A stretch of 64,000 nucleotides of DNA from assembly GCA_026413865.1 (NCBI GenBank), contig JAOAKB010000004.1:1664-65663 (forward strand), written 5' to 3'. The notes under the pieces were generated by a model that was given only the letters and a program-made list of their open reading frames with translations, was not told the DNA's origin and searched no databases. The position numbers were made by a program, and so were the translations under genes. This DNA comes from Nitrososphaeria archaeon. GTDB lineage: Archaea > Thermoproteota > Nitrososphaeria > JACIWG01. How positions within the stretch are numbered: the first letter of the stretch is position 1; every line of letters begins with the position of its first letter. Shown here piece after piece: positions 29,387-40,063 of the stretch.

Positions 29387-31144
29387 TTGGACGAGTTCAT
29401 AAAAAATATTTTATATATTGATCTTTCAAGAAAAAAGTTCTGGGTTGAGGATAGAAGAAAACTTTTTGAAGAATATTTAGGTGGTGTAGGAGTTGCTTCA
29501 AAGATTCTATTAGAAGAATGCCCTAAGAACGCTGACCCACTTGGACCAGAAAATGTGATCATTTTCGCAGTCGGCCCACTAAATGGGCTCTTTCCAATTG
29601 CATCAAAGACTGTAGCATGTTTTAAATCACCCTTAACAAAATCTTATGGAGAAAGTCATGCTGGAGGAAGAAGCGCGATAGCAATCAGGCAAGCAGGATA
29701 TGGTGCAATAGTAATAAAGGGAGCGAGCGATACACCAGTATATGTTGCAGTACATGGAAAAAATGTTCTTTTTAGAGACGCTTCAGCACTTTGGGGACTA
29801 AGGAATAGTATAACAGTCGGAAGAGTACTTAGAGAGATAGAAGGTGGTGCTGGTGTAAGAACAATAATGAGGATTGGGGTTGCAGGAGAAAATCTTGTAT
29901 CATATGCTTCAGTCAACACAGAAACATATAGACATTTTGGTAGACTTGGTTTAGGAGCTGTTTTTGGAAGCAAAAAATTGAAAGCCCTAATAGTTTCTGG
30001 AAAAATGACAATACCAGTATCTAATTCTAAAAAGTATAGGGAATTGTATGATAAAATCTATACTACATCCATTAAATCTACTTTAATGAAAAAATATCAT
30101 GATCTTGGAACAGCATCAAACATAATACCATTAAACACAATAAATGCACTACCAACAAAAAATCTGAAAGAATCAAGTTTCGAGTATGCAGAAAATATTT
30201 CTGGAGAAAGATTGGCTGAAAAATATCTTGGTAGAAGAGTTGCCTGCGCACATTGTCCCATAGCATGCATACACCTTGCATCTTTAAGAGAACCTTATAT
30301 TACAGAACCATACTTTTACAAAACTACAATGATATCATACGATCATGAACTATTATATGCTCTTGGCTCAATGATAGGTGTAAGTAATACTGAAGGAGCC
30401 CTAAAGCTGATAGATGAGGTTGAAAAGTGGGGTGTTGATGCTATGATGACTGGAACAGTGCTAGCATGGATGACAGAAGCCTATGAGAAGGGAATAATAG
30501 GAGAAAATGAGACACTTGGCTTAAGATTAGAATGGGGTTCAGTTGAAGCATATATTAAGGCTATCGAATATATTGTTAGGAGAGTTAACGAATTCTATAA
30601 GACAGCATCAGAGGGATTAGATGCCCTTGCAAGCCGATACGGTGGAGAAGAGTTTGCTCTATCATATGGTGGAAACGGTATGCCCGGATACCATACAGGA
30701 CCAGGGGCACATATAACATATTTAACGGGTGCAAGACACAGCCACCTTGACAGTGCAGGCTATAGCCTCGACCAGGAAACTTTAAAAGGCAAACAACTTT
30801 CGGGAAAAGAGATTTCAGAAAAACTATACCATGAAGAAAGTTGGAGACAGATATTGTCAAGTCTTGTGGTCTGCTTTTTTTCAAGAGGAATATATACGCC
30901 AGAAATTGTATGCGAGACACTAAATATTTTAGATTATAGTTTTAATGAAAAAGAATTAAAAAGATTAGGTGAAAAGATATTGAGAAATAAAAATGATTTT
31001 AAGGAACGTGAAGGATTCAACATGCTTAATCAAAAGTTTCCCAAAAGAATATTTGAAACACCAACACCATTTGGAAACCTTAATGAAGAATCACTTTACG
31101 AAAGTGTAAAAGAATTCTACAAAATACTTAAAGAACATACCTAA
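29387..31144 (+). CDS. aor: Aldehyde:ferredoxin oxidoreductase family (tungsto/molybdopterin) enzyme
   Basis: N-terminal ILYIDLSRKKFWVED...YLGGVGVASKILLEE, 585 aa, typical AOR_N plus AOR domains. TTG start. Confidence 0.85.
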   Translation: MDEFIKNILYIDLSRKKFWVEDRRKLFEEYLGGVGVASKILLEECPKNADPLGPENVIIFAVGPLNGLFPIASKTVACFKSPLTKSYGESHAGGRSAIAIRQAGYGAIVIKGASDTPVYVAVHGKNVLFRDASALWGLRNSITVGRVLREIEGGAGVRTIMRIGVAGENLVSYASVNTETYRHFGRLGLGAVFGSKKLKALIVSGKMTIPVSNSKKYRELYDKIYTTSIKSTLMKKYHDLGTASNIIPLNTINALPTKNLKESSFEYAENISGERLAEKYLGRRVACAHCPIACIHLASLREPYITEPYFYKTTMISYDHELLYALGSMIGVSNTEGALKLIDEVEKWGVDAMMTGTVLAWMTEAYEKGIIGENETLGLRLEWGSVEAYIKAIEYIVRRVNEFYKTASEGLDALASRYGGEEFALSYGGNGMPGYHTGPGAHITYLTGARHSHLDSAGYSLDQETLKGKQLSGKEISEKLYHEESWRQILSSLVVCFFSRGIYTPEIVCETLNILDYSFNEKELKRLGEKILRNKNDFKEREGFNMLNQKFPKRIFETPTPFGNLNEESLYESVKEFYKILKEHT

Positions 31145-31599
31145 ATTTCTTCTTCCGAAAAAACTTTGATACCATTACGTTTCAAAAGGGCTGTGGTGAC
31201 ACCATCACCTGAAACTAGCCTTTTAGAAAAGGTGCCATCATAGACCTTACCATTACCACACGATGGACTACCTTGCTTAAATATAGCTGAACTAATTCCA
31301 AAAATTTTTACAATCCTTAAAGTTTCCACCGCACCCCTAACAAAATTTAATGTAACATCCTTTCCAGAAACAGTTACGACTTTAGCCCTACCATCTAAAA
31401 CCATGTAACCATCCCCAACAATTTCAGAACTTTCTCTCGGAGTCGGTAGACCACCTAACTGTTCAGGGCACACTGGAATCAAAATTTCGCTTTCAAGAAG
31501 ATTCAGAACTTTAGTGTTAAGATTATCTTCTCCTCTATAATTGCATTTTATTCCAAGAAGACAGGCACTACAGAGCATCAAGATAATGTTCACCAACAA
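31141..31599 (-). CDS. DUF523 family protein (TudS-like Fe-S enzyme family)
   Basis: LCSACLLGIKCNYRG matches the DUF523 N-terminal Cys motif. The true start may be the GTG at 31593 or the ATG at 31578. Confidence 0.65.
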   Translation of the reverse strand: MLVNIILMLCSACLLGIKCNYRGEDNLNTKVLNLLESEILIPVCPEQLGGLPTPRESSEIVGDGYMVLDGRAKVVTVSGKDVTLNFVRGAVETLRIVKIFGISSAIFKQGSPSCGNGKVYDGTFSKRLVSGDGVTTALLKRNGIKVFSEEEI

Positions 31600-31654
31600 T
31601 ATACTATAATTTAGAAGTTAAAACTTTTTAATAACATAAACAATATCATATATT

Positions 31655-32182
31655 ATGAAAATTGACATTGATGCAACAAATATGCCCTTTTTACTACTTC
31701 CTAAGCCAGCACTATTGATAACATGTGGACCCTTTGAAAAAAGTAATATACTATCGATAGCATGGTCAATTCCGATTTCAAGAAATCCACCTCTAGTTGC
31801 AGTCGCAATATCTCCAAAAAGATACAGCTATCATCTAATTGAAGAATATAAGGCCTTTGCAATAAATGTACCAACATACGATCAATTAAATGCAGTAAAA
31901 GTGTGTGGAAGCACGTCAGGAAAAAATGTGAACAAATGGGAAATTATAAAGCTGACAAAAGAAAAAGCGAGAAAAATTGATACAGCAATAATAAAAGAAT
32001 GTATAGCCCACATCGAATGCGTACTAGAAAGAAAGGTTGAGCTAGGAGACCATGACTTGTTTGTGGGAAAAGTTGTTGAAGCATATGGTGAAGAAAAAGC
32101 ATATGAACTTGGAATCTTAAACACATCAAAGTTTAAGCCAATACTACATTTAGGAAGAGACAATTTTACAACCGCAATATAA
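31655..32182 (+). CDS. Flavin reductase-like FMN-binding protein
   Basis: 175 aa with split-barrel flavin reductase pattern (NILSIAWSIPISRNPPLVAVAI, GDHDLFVGKVV). Confidence 0.7.
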   Translation: MKIDIDATNMPFLLLPKPALLITCGPFEKSNILSIAWSIPISRNPPLVAVAISPKRYSYHLIEEYKAFAINVPTYDQLNAVKVCGSTSGKNVNKWEIIKLTKEKARKIDTAIIKECIAHIECVLERKVELGDHDLFVGKVVEAYGEEKAYELGILNTSKFKPILHLGRDNFTTAI

Positions 32183-32249
32183 TAATAATCCTAACTTTTG
32201 TGGTAAAGTTGAAATAGTGTTAAGAGGAAATATTTTTGGAGAGAAATAT

Positions 32250-33191
32250 TTGCATATTGCACAAATTGGTACAGGAAGAGTTGGTAGACCAACAGCATAC
32301 ACGATATTATGCTCGAATATAGCAAATGAGATAACAGTATGCGATATAAAGCCGGGCCTTGCAAAGGCTTTTGCGGAAGAACTAAAACATGTTTCAGCAA
32401 GCCTTGGTATTGATGTTAAAATAAACTCTTGTGAAAGAGATGAGGATGTGTCGGGCGCAGACCTTATACTTATTTCAGCAGGCAAGCCAAGAGTGCCCGG
32501 TGTAAGTATGAGCAGACGGGATTTAGCCGTGGAAAATGCTAAAATTGTAAAATATGTGTCTGAGGCTGTTGCATCATCGAATCCTGGAGCAAAATACATT
32601 GTTATAACAAATCCAGTTGATGCAATGACAATGGTTTGCAAAAAATATTCTAGAGCAGAGTTTGTGATAGGTACTGGAACATATCTAGAAAGTTTAAGAC
32701 TAAAGTCTAAACTTGCAGAATGTCTTCAGGTTCCTGTTTCAAAAGTTAGTGGTTGGGTGGGTGGTGAACATGGAGATTTAGCAACAATATTATGGACAAC
32801 GGTTAAAGTATATAATATGGCAGTAGAAGAGTATTCAAGAATAAGAGGCAAAAGTTTAGAAAAGAATGTTATAGAGGATTATATTAAGTCGATAACCAGA
32901 TTTATAATAGATAATGTTGGTGGAACAGAATACGGTCCAGCTGCAGCATTCAGAGATATCGTCAAATCTATAGTCGAGAATAGGAGAGAGATTTTCCCTA
33001 TAGATGTGCCAATAAGATTTGATAGCATACCTGAACCAGTTTACGTTAGTATACCAACAAGACTAGGGAGAAGTTTAGGAGAAAACATTTACAGTAAACT
33101 ATCTTTTGAAGAAAAAGAAAAAGTTTTTGAGGCTGCAAAGGCTATTTACAGAACATACGTTGACGCAATCTCGAACATCGAGAAAGTTTAA
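32250..33191 (+). CDS. mdh: L-lactate/malate dehydrogenase family protein
   Basis: IAQIGTGRVG Rossmann motif and ITNPVD. A TTG start at 32250 follows GGAGAG; the ORF-track start is 32217. Confidence 0.8.
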   Translation: MHIAQIGTGRVGRPTAYTILCSNIANEITVCDIKPGLAKAFAEELKHVSASLGIDVKINSCERDEDVSGADLILISAGKPRVPGVSMSRRDLAVENAKIVKYVSEAVASSNPGAKYIVITNPVDAMTMVCKKYSRAEFVIGTGTYLESLRLKSKLAECLQVPVSKVSGWVGGEHGDLATILWTTVKVYNMAVEEYSRIRGKSLEKNVIEDYIKSITRFIIDNVGGTEYGPAAAFRDIVKSIVENRREIFPIDVPIRFDSIPEPVYVSIPTRLGRSLGENIYSKLSFEEKEKVFEAAKAIYRTYVDAISNIEKV

Positions 33192-33256
33192 ATAATGTTC
33201 ATAGAACAGTTTAAGTCCCACTATAAAGGTTGTAGAGGAAGGTTTGATTTAAGAAA

Positions 33257-34099
33257 ATGTCATTCGAAGTACAAGATCTCTATGATGTGATAAAGATAGT
33301 TACACTATTGGTTTTGGGAAAAAATTCAAGAATCAAAGTATATGAACTAAAGAGTAAGATAGAAGAATTATGTGGAAAGCGCATGTGTGTTGAATCAAGT
33401 GATATAAATAGAGCATTAATGGAGCTTCAAAATGAGGGACTAATTATAGTTAAAGGAGAATATATTGAATTAACTTCGGTAGGCTTAAAAGTTAGCGAAG
33501 ACTGGAAAAGTCTACTATTAAAAAGTGAGCCAGTACTGGAGATTGTTGCAGGATTAACTGATGGGTCAGTAACAAGTTTAATGGTCATACTTTCTTCCTT
33601 CTTCGCAAAATTATCGTCTAAATTGACTATTTTTACAGCACTATTAACATTGGCCTCTGTAGCGATCACAAACTTTTCAAGCTTCTTTTTAGGAGGAGTT
33701 ACAGAAGACATTTCCGAAATTATTGCTATAAAAAGGTTAATGGACTATAGCTTAAATGACAACCCAGACAAAGTTCAAAGGCTAAAGTCAATAGAATTAT
33801 TAAAACATGTCTTCTCATTACTTAATAGAGAGGTTCGAAAAATAAATATTATATCAGCAATTACATGTTCCGTAACAACATTATTTGCAGGATTCATGCC
33901 AATAGTGCTCTACCTCATATTTCCAACACCCTATAGTCTTATAGCTTCAATAACATTTATTGGAGTAATTGTGATACTACTGCTTGTTAGATATCGTTCA
34001 AAGATGACAAAGGTGCCCCTAAAAATAACTTTAATAGAAACGCTTATAATAATTTTGGCAGCAACACTAGCATCAATACTATTGGGCTTAAATTTATAA
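33257..34099 (+). CDS. VIT1/CCC1-family membrane protein with an N-terminal winged-helix-like domain
   Basis: The C-terminal two-thirds contains GLTDGSVTSLMVILS (VIT-like) and about 5 TM segments. The N-terminal ~90 aa (KVYELKSKIEEL...INRALMELQNEGLIIVKGEYIELTSVG) looks like a wHTH. Confidence 0.6.
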   Translation: MSFEVQDLYDVIKIVTLLVLGKNSRIKVYELKSKIEELCGKRMCVESSDINRALMELQNEGLIIVKGEYIELTSVGLKVSEDWKSLLLKSEPVLEIVAGLTDGSVTSLMVILSSFFAKLSSKLTIFTALLTLASVAITNFSSFFLGGVTEDISEIIAIKRLMDYSLNDNPDKVQRLKSIELLKHVFSLLNREVRKINIISAITCSVTTLFAGFMPIVLYLIFPTPYSLIASITFIGVIVILLLVRYRSKMTKVPLKITLIETLIIILAATLASILLGLNL

Positions 34100-34103
34100 A
34101 AAA

Positions 34104-35093
34104 TCAAACTTTCTTGAAAAGATTCGCACTATCTAGAGCCCTTTTAGCCCACATAGGATCTTTTAAAAGTTGCCTTCCAACAGCAACTAAGTCAACATAG
34201 CCTTCCATCAAAATCCTATTAGCGTATTCATAGCTTCTTATTCCACCAACACCTATAACTGGAACACTAACAGCCTTCTTTATTTCATGAGCGTATGGTA
34301 TAAAGTATCCTTCAACACCCTCAAACTGGGCGGGCCTGCTACCACAAACTCCTCCACTGACATCTATAATATCCACACCCTTCTCTTCAAGCTTCTTAGC
34401 CAAAACCTTCGCATCTTCAACAGTACTGCCTCCGGGAGTCAAGTCATCAGCACCGATACGGTATAACAAAAGTTTGTTGCCAACCACATCCTTAATAGCT
34501 TCAACAACCTCTAATGGAAAACGCATTCTATTTTCTAGAGCACCACCATAGTCGTCAAGCCTCCTATTTGTAAGAGGAGAAAAGAACTGGTTTACTAAAA
34601 AACCGTGTGCACCATGAACTTCGACACCATCAAAGCCTGCAAGTATAGCCCTTTCAGCAGCCTTAGCGAACTCGTCAACTATAATCCCTATTTCTTTTTT
34701 AGAAAGTTCTTTCGACCTTCCATCAGAGGACGGTGCTAAAGGGATAGTATTTTGTAAAGTAGATTTTGAACCCGCATGAACTATCTGTAATACAACACAT
34801 GCACCCATTTCATGAACACCTTCAACAAGCCTTTTAAGACCATGAATCATGTCATCACAGTGTACACCAAGCTGTTTTTCCACATACTTTCCAGCTTCAG
34901 AAACATAGGAGGCTTCAACAATAACTAGACCAACATATGCAGCTCTCTTCAAATAATGTTCGACTAGAGCGTCTGTTACACTTCCATCATATGCTGCAAG
35001 ATTTGTTAACATGGGAGGAAGTACAAGACGATTTCTTAAAACAAGGCTTTTAACATGTAGAGGATCCGTTAATAGAACCATACTTAATAGCAC
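34104..35093 (-). CDS. NADH:flavin oxidoreductase (Old Yellow Enzyme family)
   Basis: LRNRLVLPPM and HGAHGFLVNQFFSPLTNRRLDDYGG. Confidence 0.9.
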   Translation of the reverse strand: MLLSMVLLTDPLHVKSLVLRNRLVLPPMLTNLAAYDGSVTDALVEHYLKRAAYVGLVIVEASYVSEAGKYVEKQLGVHCDDMIHGLKRLVEGVHEMGACVVLQIVHAGSKSTLQNTIPLAPSSDGRSKELSKKEIGIIVDEFAKAAERAILAGFDGVEVHGAHGFLVNQFFSPLTNRRLDDYGGALENRMRFPLEVVEAIKDVVGNKLLLYRIGADDLTPGGSTVEDAKVLAKKLEEKGVDIIDVSGGVCGSRPAQFEGVEGYFIPYAHEIKKAVSVPVIGVGGIRSYEYANRILMEGYVDLVAVGRQLLKDPMWAKRALDSANLFKKV

Positions 35094-35105
35094 CGAATTC
35101 TAAAT

Positions 35106-36089
35106 TTATTTTACTCTTTCAAACTTTTGAATAGCATGACATTCGTTCGGAACATTCTTGAATTCAGCAGAAGAGATAACAACCTCTCCAACATATATAT
35201 TTCCTTTTGAATCGACACAAAGTGCGTGAGGGGCTCTAAAAAAGCCTGGCCTACAGCCTTCATCCGAACCCCATCTTGCAACAATTTCACCGTTTAAGTC
35301 AAATACGGTTAACCTTGCAGCCTTGACCCCATCCTTTGGTGTAGTAGAAATAAGACTATGTCCAACATTATATCCGAGTTCCGTTACAAAAACATATTTA
35401 TCATGAACATAGACGTCAGTCGGTCTATTAACATACCATTCCTGCAAATATTTTCCTTCAGTATCAAATAATTGTATCCTACAATTTTCTCTGTCTGCAA
35501 CATAAACGACCCCATTATTAACATATATGCCATGTGGAAGATTAAACTGTCCAGGACCCCTACCAGGTTCACCCCAAGAAAGAAGCAGTTCACCATCTTT
35601 TGAAAACTTGTGGATTCTAGCATTACCGTAGCCGTCAGAAACATATATTGTTCCATCTTTTTCAACAAAGACATCAGTTGGAAGATTAAATGGTTCAGCA
35701 CCCCGCTTAATAGTCCTATAATCCTTATTCACACAACCACTATCAGATGGACAACCCTTTTTACCGAGCACCATCAGAAGATCACCATTTCTGGTGAACC
35801 TTTTTACTGTATGGTCACCGTCAGTGCAAAAGATTGTATCGTCTGGAGCAACATATAGGCCATGAGGCCAGCTAAATAGACCCCTACCCCAACATGTTAT
35901 AAAATCACCGTCTTCATCAAACACGAGAAGAGGGTCGACACCTCTAATGAATACATAAACATTGTTTCCACTATCGACAGCCACACCAGTAACTTCAACA
36001 AAAGGCGAATAGAAATGTTTACCCCAATCTTTAACAACCCTATACTTTAGAAAATCGCAGCCAAACATCAAATTCTTTAACACCATCAT
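35106..36089 (-). CDS. NHL-repeat six-bladed beta-propeller protein
   Basis: Repeated blades of the form PxGxxV..dG.iYVaD..N.RIq.F (for example FNLPHGIYVNNGVVYVADRENCRIQLFD). Confidence 0.75.
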   Translation of the reverse strand: MMVLKNLMFGCDFLKYRVVKDWGKHFYSPFVEVTGVAVDSGNNVYVFIRGVDPLLVFDEDGDFITCWGRGLFSWPHGLYVAPDDTIFCTDGDHTVKRFTRNGDLLMVLGKKGCPSDSGCVNKDYRTIKRGAEPFNLPTDVFVEKDGTIYVSDGYGNARIHKFSKDGELLLSWGEPGRGPGQFNLPHGIYVNNGVVYVADRENCRIQLFDTEGKYLQEWYVNRPTDVYVHDKYVFVTELGYNVGHSLISTTPKDGVKAARLTVFDLNGEIVARWGSDEGCRPGFFRAPHALCVDSKGNIYVGEVVISSAEFKNVPNECHAIQKFERVK

Positions 36090-36161
36090 CTATATTCGAA
36101 AAGTACTTTATAATTTTTAATTTTTTTAAAATTTTTATAACATGCTCACGGGTACATAAAT

Positions 36162-36890
36162 ATGCAGGCCATTATTCTAGCAGGAGGCTTTGCAAAAAGA
36201 CTTTGGCCTCTAACACTAGAGAAGCCAAAACCCCTACTTTCTGTCAACAATAAGCCAATAATAGAATATTTGCTTGAGAAGATAGATGAACTTGATGTTA
36301 AAGATATTATTGTATCAACAAACATGAAGTTTAAGAATAATTTTGAAAAATGGCTTTCTTCAACAGGTAGAAAAAATATTAGAATTATAGCTGAAGAGTC
36401 AACAAAAGAGGAAGAGAAACTGGGTGCAGTAAAAGCTCTTGCAAGATTATCAAATGAAATTATAGAAGACTGCCTAATTGCTGCAGGAGACAACATTTTT
36501 ACTGAAAGCCTTGTAGACTTTAAAAGAATGTTCGAAAAACTCAAGGCACCTATAGTATGCTTATATGATGTTAGGGAGGTTGAGCTTGCAAAAAATTATT
36601 CCATAGCAATTTTAGAAAATGATGGTAGAATAGTTGAATTTGTTGAAAAACCGCAGAATCCTAAAACAACACTTATTGGAACATGCTTGTACATTTTTCC
36701 AAGAGAAGTTTTTAAAAAATTGAACGAGTATGTCAGCATGGATAGGGATTGTGATGCACCTGGAAGATTTATTGAATGGTTATGTAAGGAAATTCCCGTC
36801 TACGGATACACAATGCATGGAATGTGGTGGGATATTGGAACCATAAAATCTTATGAGGATGCTAAAAGATACTTTGCTGGCAAAAGATAG
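36162..36890 (+). CDS. Sugar-phosphate nucleotidyltransferase (NDP-sugar pyrophosphorylase)
   Basis: MQAIILAGGFAKRLWPLT matches the GxGxRL motif. Confidence 0.85.
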   Translation: MQAIILAGGFAKRLWPLTLEKPKPLLSVNNKPIIEYLLEKIDELDVKDIIVSTNMKFKNNFEKWLSSTGRKNIRIIAEESTKEEEKLGAVKALARLSNEIIEDCLIAAGDNIFTESLVDFKRMFEKLKAPIVCLYDVREVELAKNYSIAILENDGRIVEFVEKPQNPKTTLIGTCLYIFPREVFKKLNEYVSMDRDCDAPGRFIEWLCKEIPVYGYTMHGMWWDIGTIKSYEDAKRYFAGKR

Positions 36891-36898
36891 TGGCCTAA

Positions 36899-38461
36899 AT
36901 GAGTGAAAACCTTTCAAACATTATTGAGGAATCGGCAAGAGGAGGATTTTTTCTCTTCATAGGCTATTTTATGTCACTGGTTATTCTTGCATTAGGCTCA
37001 ATGATTGTAGGAAGACTTCTAGGCCCAGAAGGATTTGGAATATTTTCTCTAGCATTTGTTGTTCCAACACTTATACTCGGATTTCTTGACCCAGGAGTTG
37101 GTGCTGCACTAACAAGGTATACGGCAAAATATAGAACAGAAAAAAAACTAGATTTTGCGAAAAGTATTCTAAGGACAGGATTATTGTATAAGGTTACCGT
37201 AAGCACCATAGCCACAATATCCTGTATAATATTTTCAGACAACTTTGCAACAATACTTCTTAATAGGCCTGAATTAGGAAACATTGTTAAAATAGCATCA
37301 ATAATAATATTTTTTCAGACAATATTCAACTATCTTGGAGAGGCATTTTCAGGCTTAGATAGGATGGAGGGTAATGCACTAATCTTGAACATAGAGGCTG
37401 TAGCCAAAACTTTTCTTTCGCCAATACTTATAGTTTTAGGGCTAGGAGTCATTGGAGCTGTCATAGGACACATAGCTAGTTATGCAGTAGCAGTAGTGGT
37501 TGGCATAATATTTTTTATTAAAGTCTATAATATGATGGGTAATCCTGCAGAAAACAGTTTTTTAGATAACATTAAGATGATGATATCATATGGTTTTCCA
37601 TTGTACGCGGCAAACTTTTTAAACACAATATCTTCACAGTTCCAGATTCTAGTTCTAGCATATTTTGCATCAAATAGTGAAATTGGAAACTTTTATGTCG
37701 CAGCAAGGCTTCTTGCACTCGTAGGCGTTCTAGCATACCCTTTCTCAGCACTATTTCCAGCATTCTCTAAAGTTAAAATAGGTTCAAAAGAACTTCAAAC
37801 ACTATTCAAGCTTTCGACGAAATACACTTCATTAGCAATAGTGCCTGCAACAGTTCTCGTGATGGCGCTTTCAAAGGATGTGGTTTACGCATTCTATGGT
37901 AGAAGCTACACACTTGCACCAGAATATCTTACACTATATGTTCTAACTAACCTATACGCTGGATTCGGGGCAATAATTTTTGGACACATGTTCAATGGAC
38001 TAGGATACACTAGAGTATCATTCTACAGCACTCTAGTAAACTTTATCACATTCATACCACTAGTCTATATTCTAACATCAAAATATAGTGTCTTAGGAAC
38101 ATTATATGCTATAATAATTTCACAAACCCTCTCTCTAGCATACAACATTTGGGCTTCAAAAAAAGTGTTAAACCTAAAATTTGAGACAATATCGTCGGCA
38201 AAAATTTATCTAATCTCATTCATTGCAGTAATACCATTAATTTTATTTTCAAATATACTTTATTTTCCATACTGGATAATTAACCTAATTGTAAGAGGAA
38301 CAACATATTTCATAATATATTTGACACTTCTACCACTTTCTAAAACCATAACAGAATATGACCTCGAAAATATTGAGACTCTAGTTAAAAGACATAGGCT
38401 CTTTAAAACCATAATGGGGCCAATAATAAAATATGAAAGAATTCTGGCAAAAATTTATTAA
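36899..38461 (+). CDS. Polysaccharide/oligosaccharide flippase (Wzx/MOP superfamily)
   Basis: 520 aa with about 14 TM segments, next to the nucleotidyltransferase gene. Confidence 0.75.
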   Translation: MSENLSNIIEESARGGFFLFIGYFMSLVILALGSMIVGRLLGPEGFGIFSLAFVVPTLILGFLDPGVGAALTRYTAKYRTEKKLDFAKSILRTGLLYKVTVSTIATISCIIFSDNFATILLNRPELGNIVKIASIIIFFQTIFNYLGEAFSGLDRMEGNALILNIEAVAKTFLSPILIVLGLGVIGAVIGHIASYAVAVVVGIIFFIKVYNMMGNPAENSFLDNIKMMISYGFPLYAANFLNTISSQFQILVLAYFASNSEIGNFYVAARLLALVGVLAYPFSALFPAFSKVKIGSKELQTLFKLSTKYTSLAIVPATVLVMALSKDVVYAFYGRSYTLAPEYLTLYVLTNLYAGFGAIIFGHMFNGLGYTRVSFYSTLVNFITFIPLVYILTSKYSVLGTLYAIIISQTLSLAYNIWASKKVLNLKFETISSAKIYLISFIAVIPLILFSNILYFPYWIINLIVRGTTYFIIYLTLLPLSKTITEYDLENIETLVKRHRLFKTIMGPIIKYERILAKIY

Positions 38462-38494
38462 CTAAATTGAATAGCTAGATAATGGCATCCAAGC

Positions 38495-40024
38495 TTGAAT
38501 GAATATAATAGTGGAGATAGAGTTAAAGAGCTTTTTAATACACTTGTAAAGTTTGCTCCGACAGCAATAATATTTTTAGACATGAAAGGAAACATTATCG
38601 AATGCACAGACCATACACTAAAAATATTTGAACTTCCAAAAGAACAACTTGTCAGAAAAAATTTTCTGGAAATAGTTCACGAAAGTGAAAAAGACAAAGT
38701 TTTAGCAGGATTAAAGCAGCTTATAGCCCAAAATACACCAATTAAATCACAATTGACCCTCTACAAAAGTGGTGGAAAAACGTTTGATGCAGAAGTTTAT
38801 GCTAACTTGGCAAAAGATGCTTACGGAAAACCTTTCCAAATCATAGTCAAAGTCCTAGACATTACAGAACATAAGAGGATAGAAATAGAACTCTATAATG
38901 CAAGAGAACTTTTAAACATATTAATGGAGGCTATACCAGATGCAATATACTTTAAAGATACTTTATCAAGATTTACTAAAGTAAATAGAGCTCACGCTGA
39001 AAGAATGGGTTTAAAGACTCCTGAAGAGGCGGTTGGAAAAACAGATTTCGACTTCTATAGTGAAGAGTTTGCAAGACAAACATACGAGGACGAACAGGAA
39101 ATTATTAGGACAGGTAAGCCTCTAATAAACAAAGTTGAAAAGGTTGTTGGAAAGGATGGTTTAGTACACTGGGTTACTGCAACAAAAATACCCATATTAG
39201 ACAAGAATGGAAAGGTTACTGGAATAGTTGGTATTTCAAGAGATATAACTGAGTTAAAACGTGTAGAGGAAACACTAAGAAGGTATAGTGAACAGTTAGA
39301 AAAGATGGTAGAGGAAAAGACGAAAGCACTTTTGGAGGCGGAGAGGCTAGCAGCTATAGGCGAGGTTGTTTCAATGATAGTGCACGACCTACGTTCACCA
39401 TTGCAAGTGATACTTTACAAGACATTTCTTTTAAAGGAGAAACTTAAACAACTACCAATACCATCATATGAGAAAGACAGTTTCAAAGAGACACTTGATT
39501 CCATTAACGAACAAGTCGAGTACATGAATAAGATGGTTTCAGATTTAAAAGACTATGCAAGAAACATTAAACCAGAATATCTTGAAATAGACATAAAAAA
39601 ACTTATTGAGGAGGTCCTTGCAACATTTATAATACCAGAAAATGTTAAAATAAAGGTTTCAGTACAGAAAGATTTTCCAAAACTTTTAGTAGATCCTATG
39701 ATGATAAGAAGAGTTCTTTCTAACCTAATATCAAATGCTGTAGACGCCTTACCACATGGAGGAAACATATATCTTGAGACAAAAATTGAAGGCGAGCAGA
39801 TAGTGATAAGTGTAGAAGACACGGGTGTAGGAATATCTGAAGAAAATTTAAGAAAACTCTTCAAACCTTTCTTTACAACAAAGGATAAGGGTACAGGCTT
39901 AGGGCTTGCAATATGTAAAAGATTTATAGAATTGCATGGTGGACAGATTTTTGTAGAAAGCAAGCCTGGTGTTGGAACAAAATTTACAATAAAACTTCCC
40001 CTAGAAGGGCACATTAAAAGATAA
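38495..40024 (+). CDS. Cytoplasmic PAS-PAS histidine kinase
   Basis: Two PAS/PAC-like segments, H-box MIVHDLRSPLQ, N-box LISNAVDA, G1 DTGVGI, G2 GTGLGLAICK. No TM segment. Confidence 0.85.
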   Translation: MNEYNSGDRVKELFNTLVKFAPTAIIFLDMKGNIIECTDHTLKIFELPKEQLVRKNFLEIVHESEKDKVLAGLKQLIAQNTPIKSQLTLYKSGGKTFDAEVYANLAKDAYGKPFQIIVKVLDITEHKRIEIELYNARELLNILMEAIPDAIYFKDTLSRFTKVNRAHAERMGLKTPEEAVGKTDFDFYSEEFARQTYEDEQEIIRTGKPLINKVEKVVGKDGLVHWVTATKIPILDKNGKVTGIVGISRDITELKRVEETLRRYSEQLEKMVEEKTKALLEAERLAAIGEVVSMIVHDLRSPLQVILYKTFLLKEKLKQLPIPSYEKDSFKETLDSINEQVEYMNKMVSDLKDYARNIKPEYLEIDIKKLIEEVLATFIIPENVKIKVSVQKDFPKLLVDPMMIRRVLSNLISNAVDALPHGGNIYLETKIEGEQIVISVEDTGVGISEENLRKLFKPFFTTKDKGTGLGLAICKRFIELHGGQIFVESKPGVGTKFTIKLPLEGHIKR

Positions 40025-40063
40025 AAGTTATAAACATGATATATTATATTATTTCGGATTCAA

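Noticed and set aside
32150-32641. 163-aa minus-strand ORF overlapping the 5' half of the malate/lactate dehydrogenase gene.
   Set aside because: The plus-strand product has the Rossmann GTGRVG and ITNPVD motifs. The minus-strand product has no recognisable features.
36146-36544. 132-aa minus-strand ORF opposite the nucleotidyltransferase gene.
   Set aside because: The plus-strand product starts with the canonical ILAGGFAKRLWPLT motif. The minus-strand ORF is a Ser-rich shadow.
39553-40014. 153-aa minus-strand ORF opposite the HATPase_c region of the PAS histidine kinase.
   Set aside because: It is an antisense shadow. The N, G1 and G2 boxes are all read on the plus strand.
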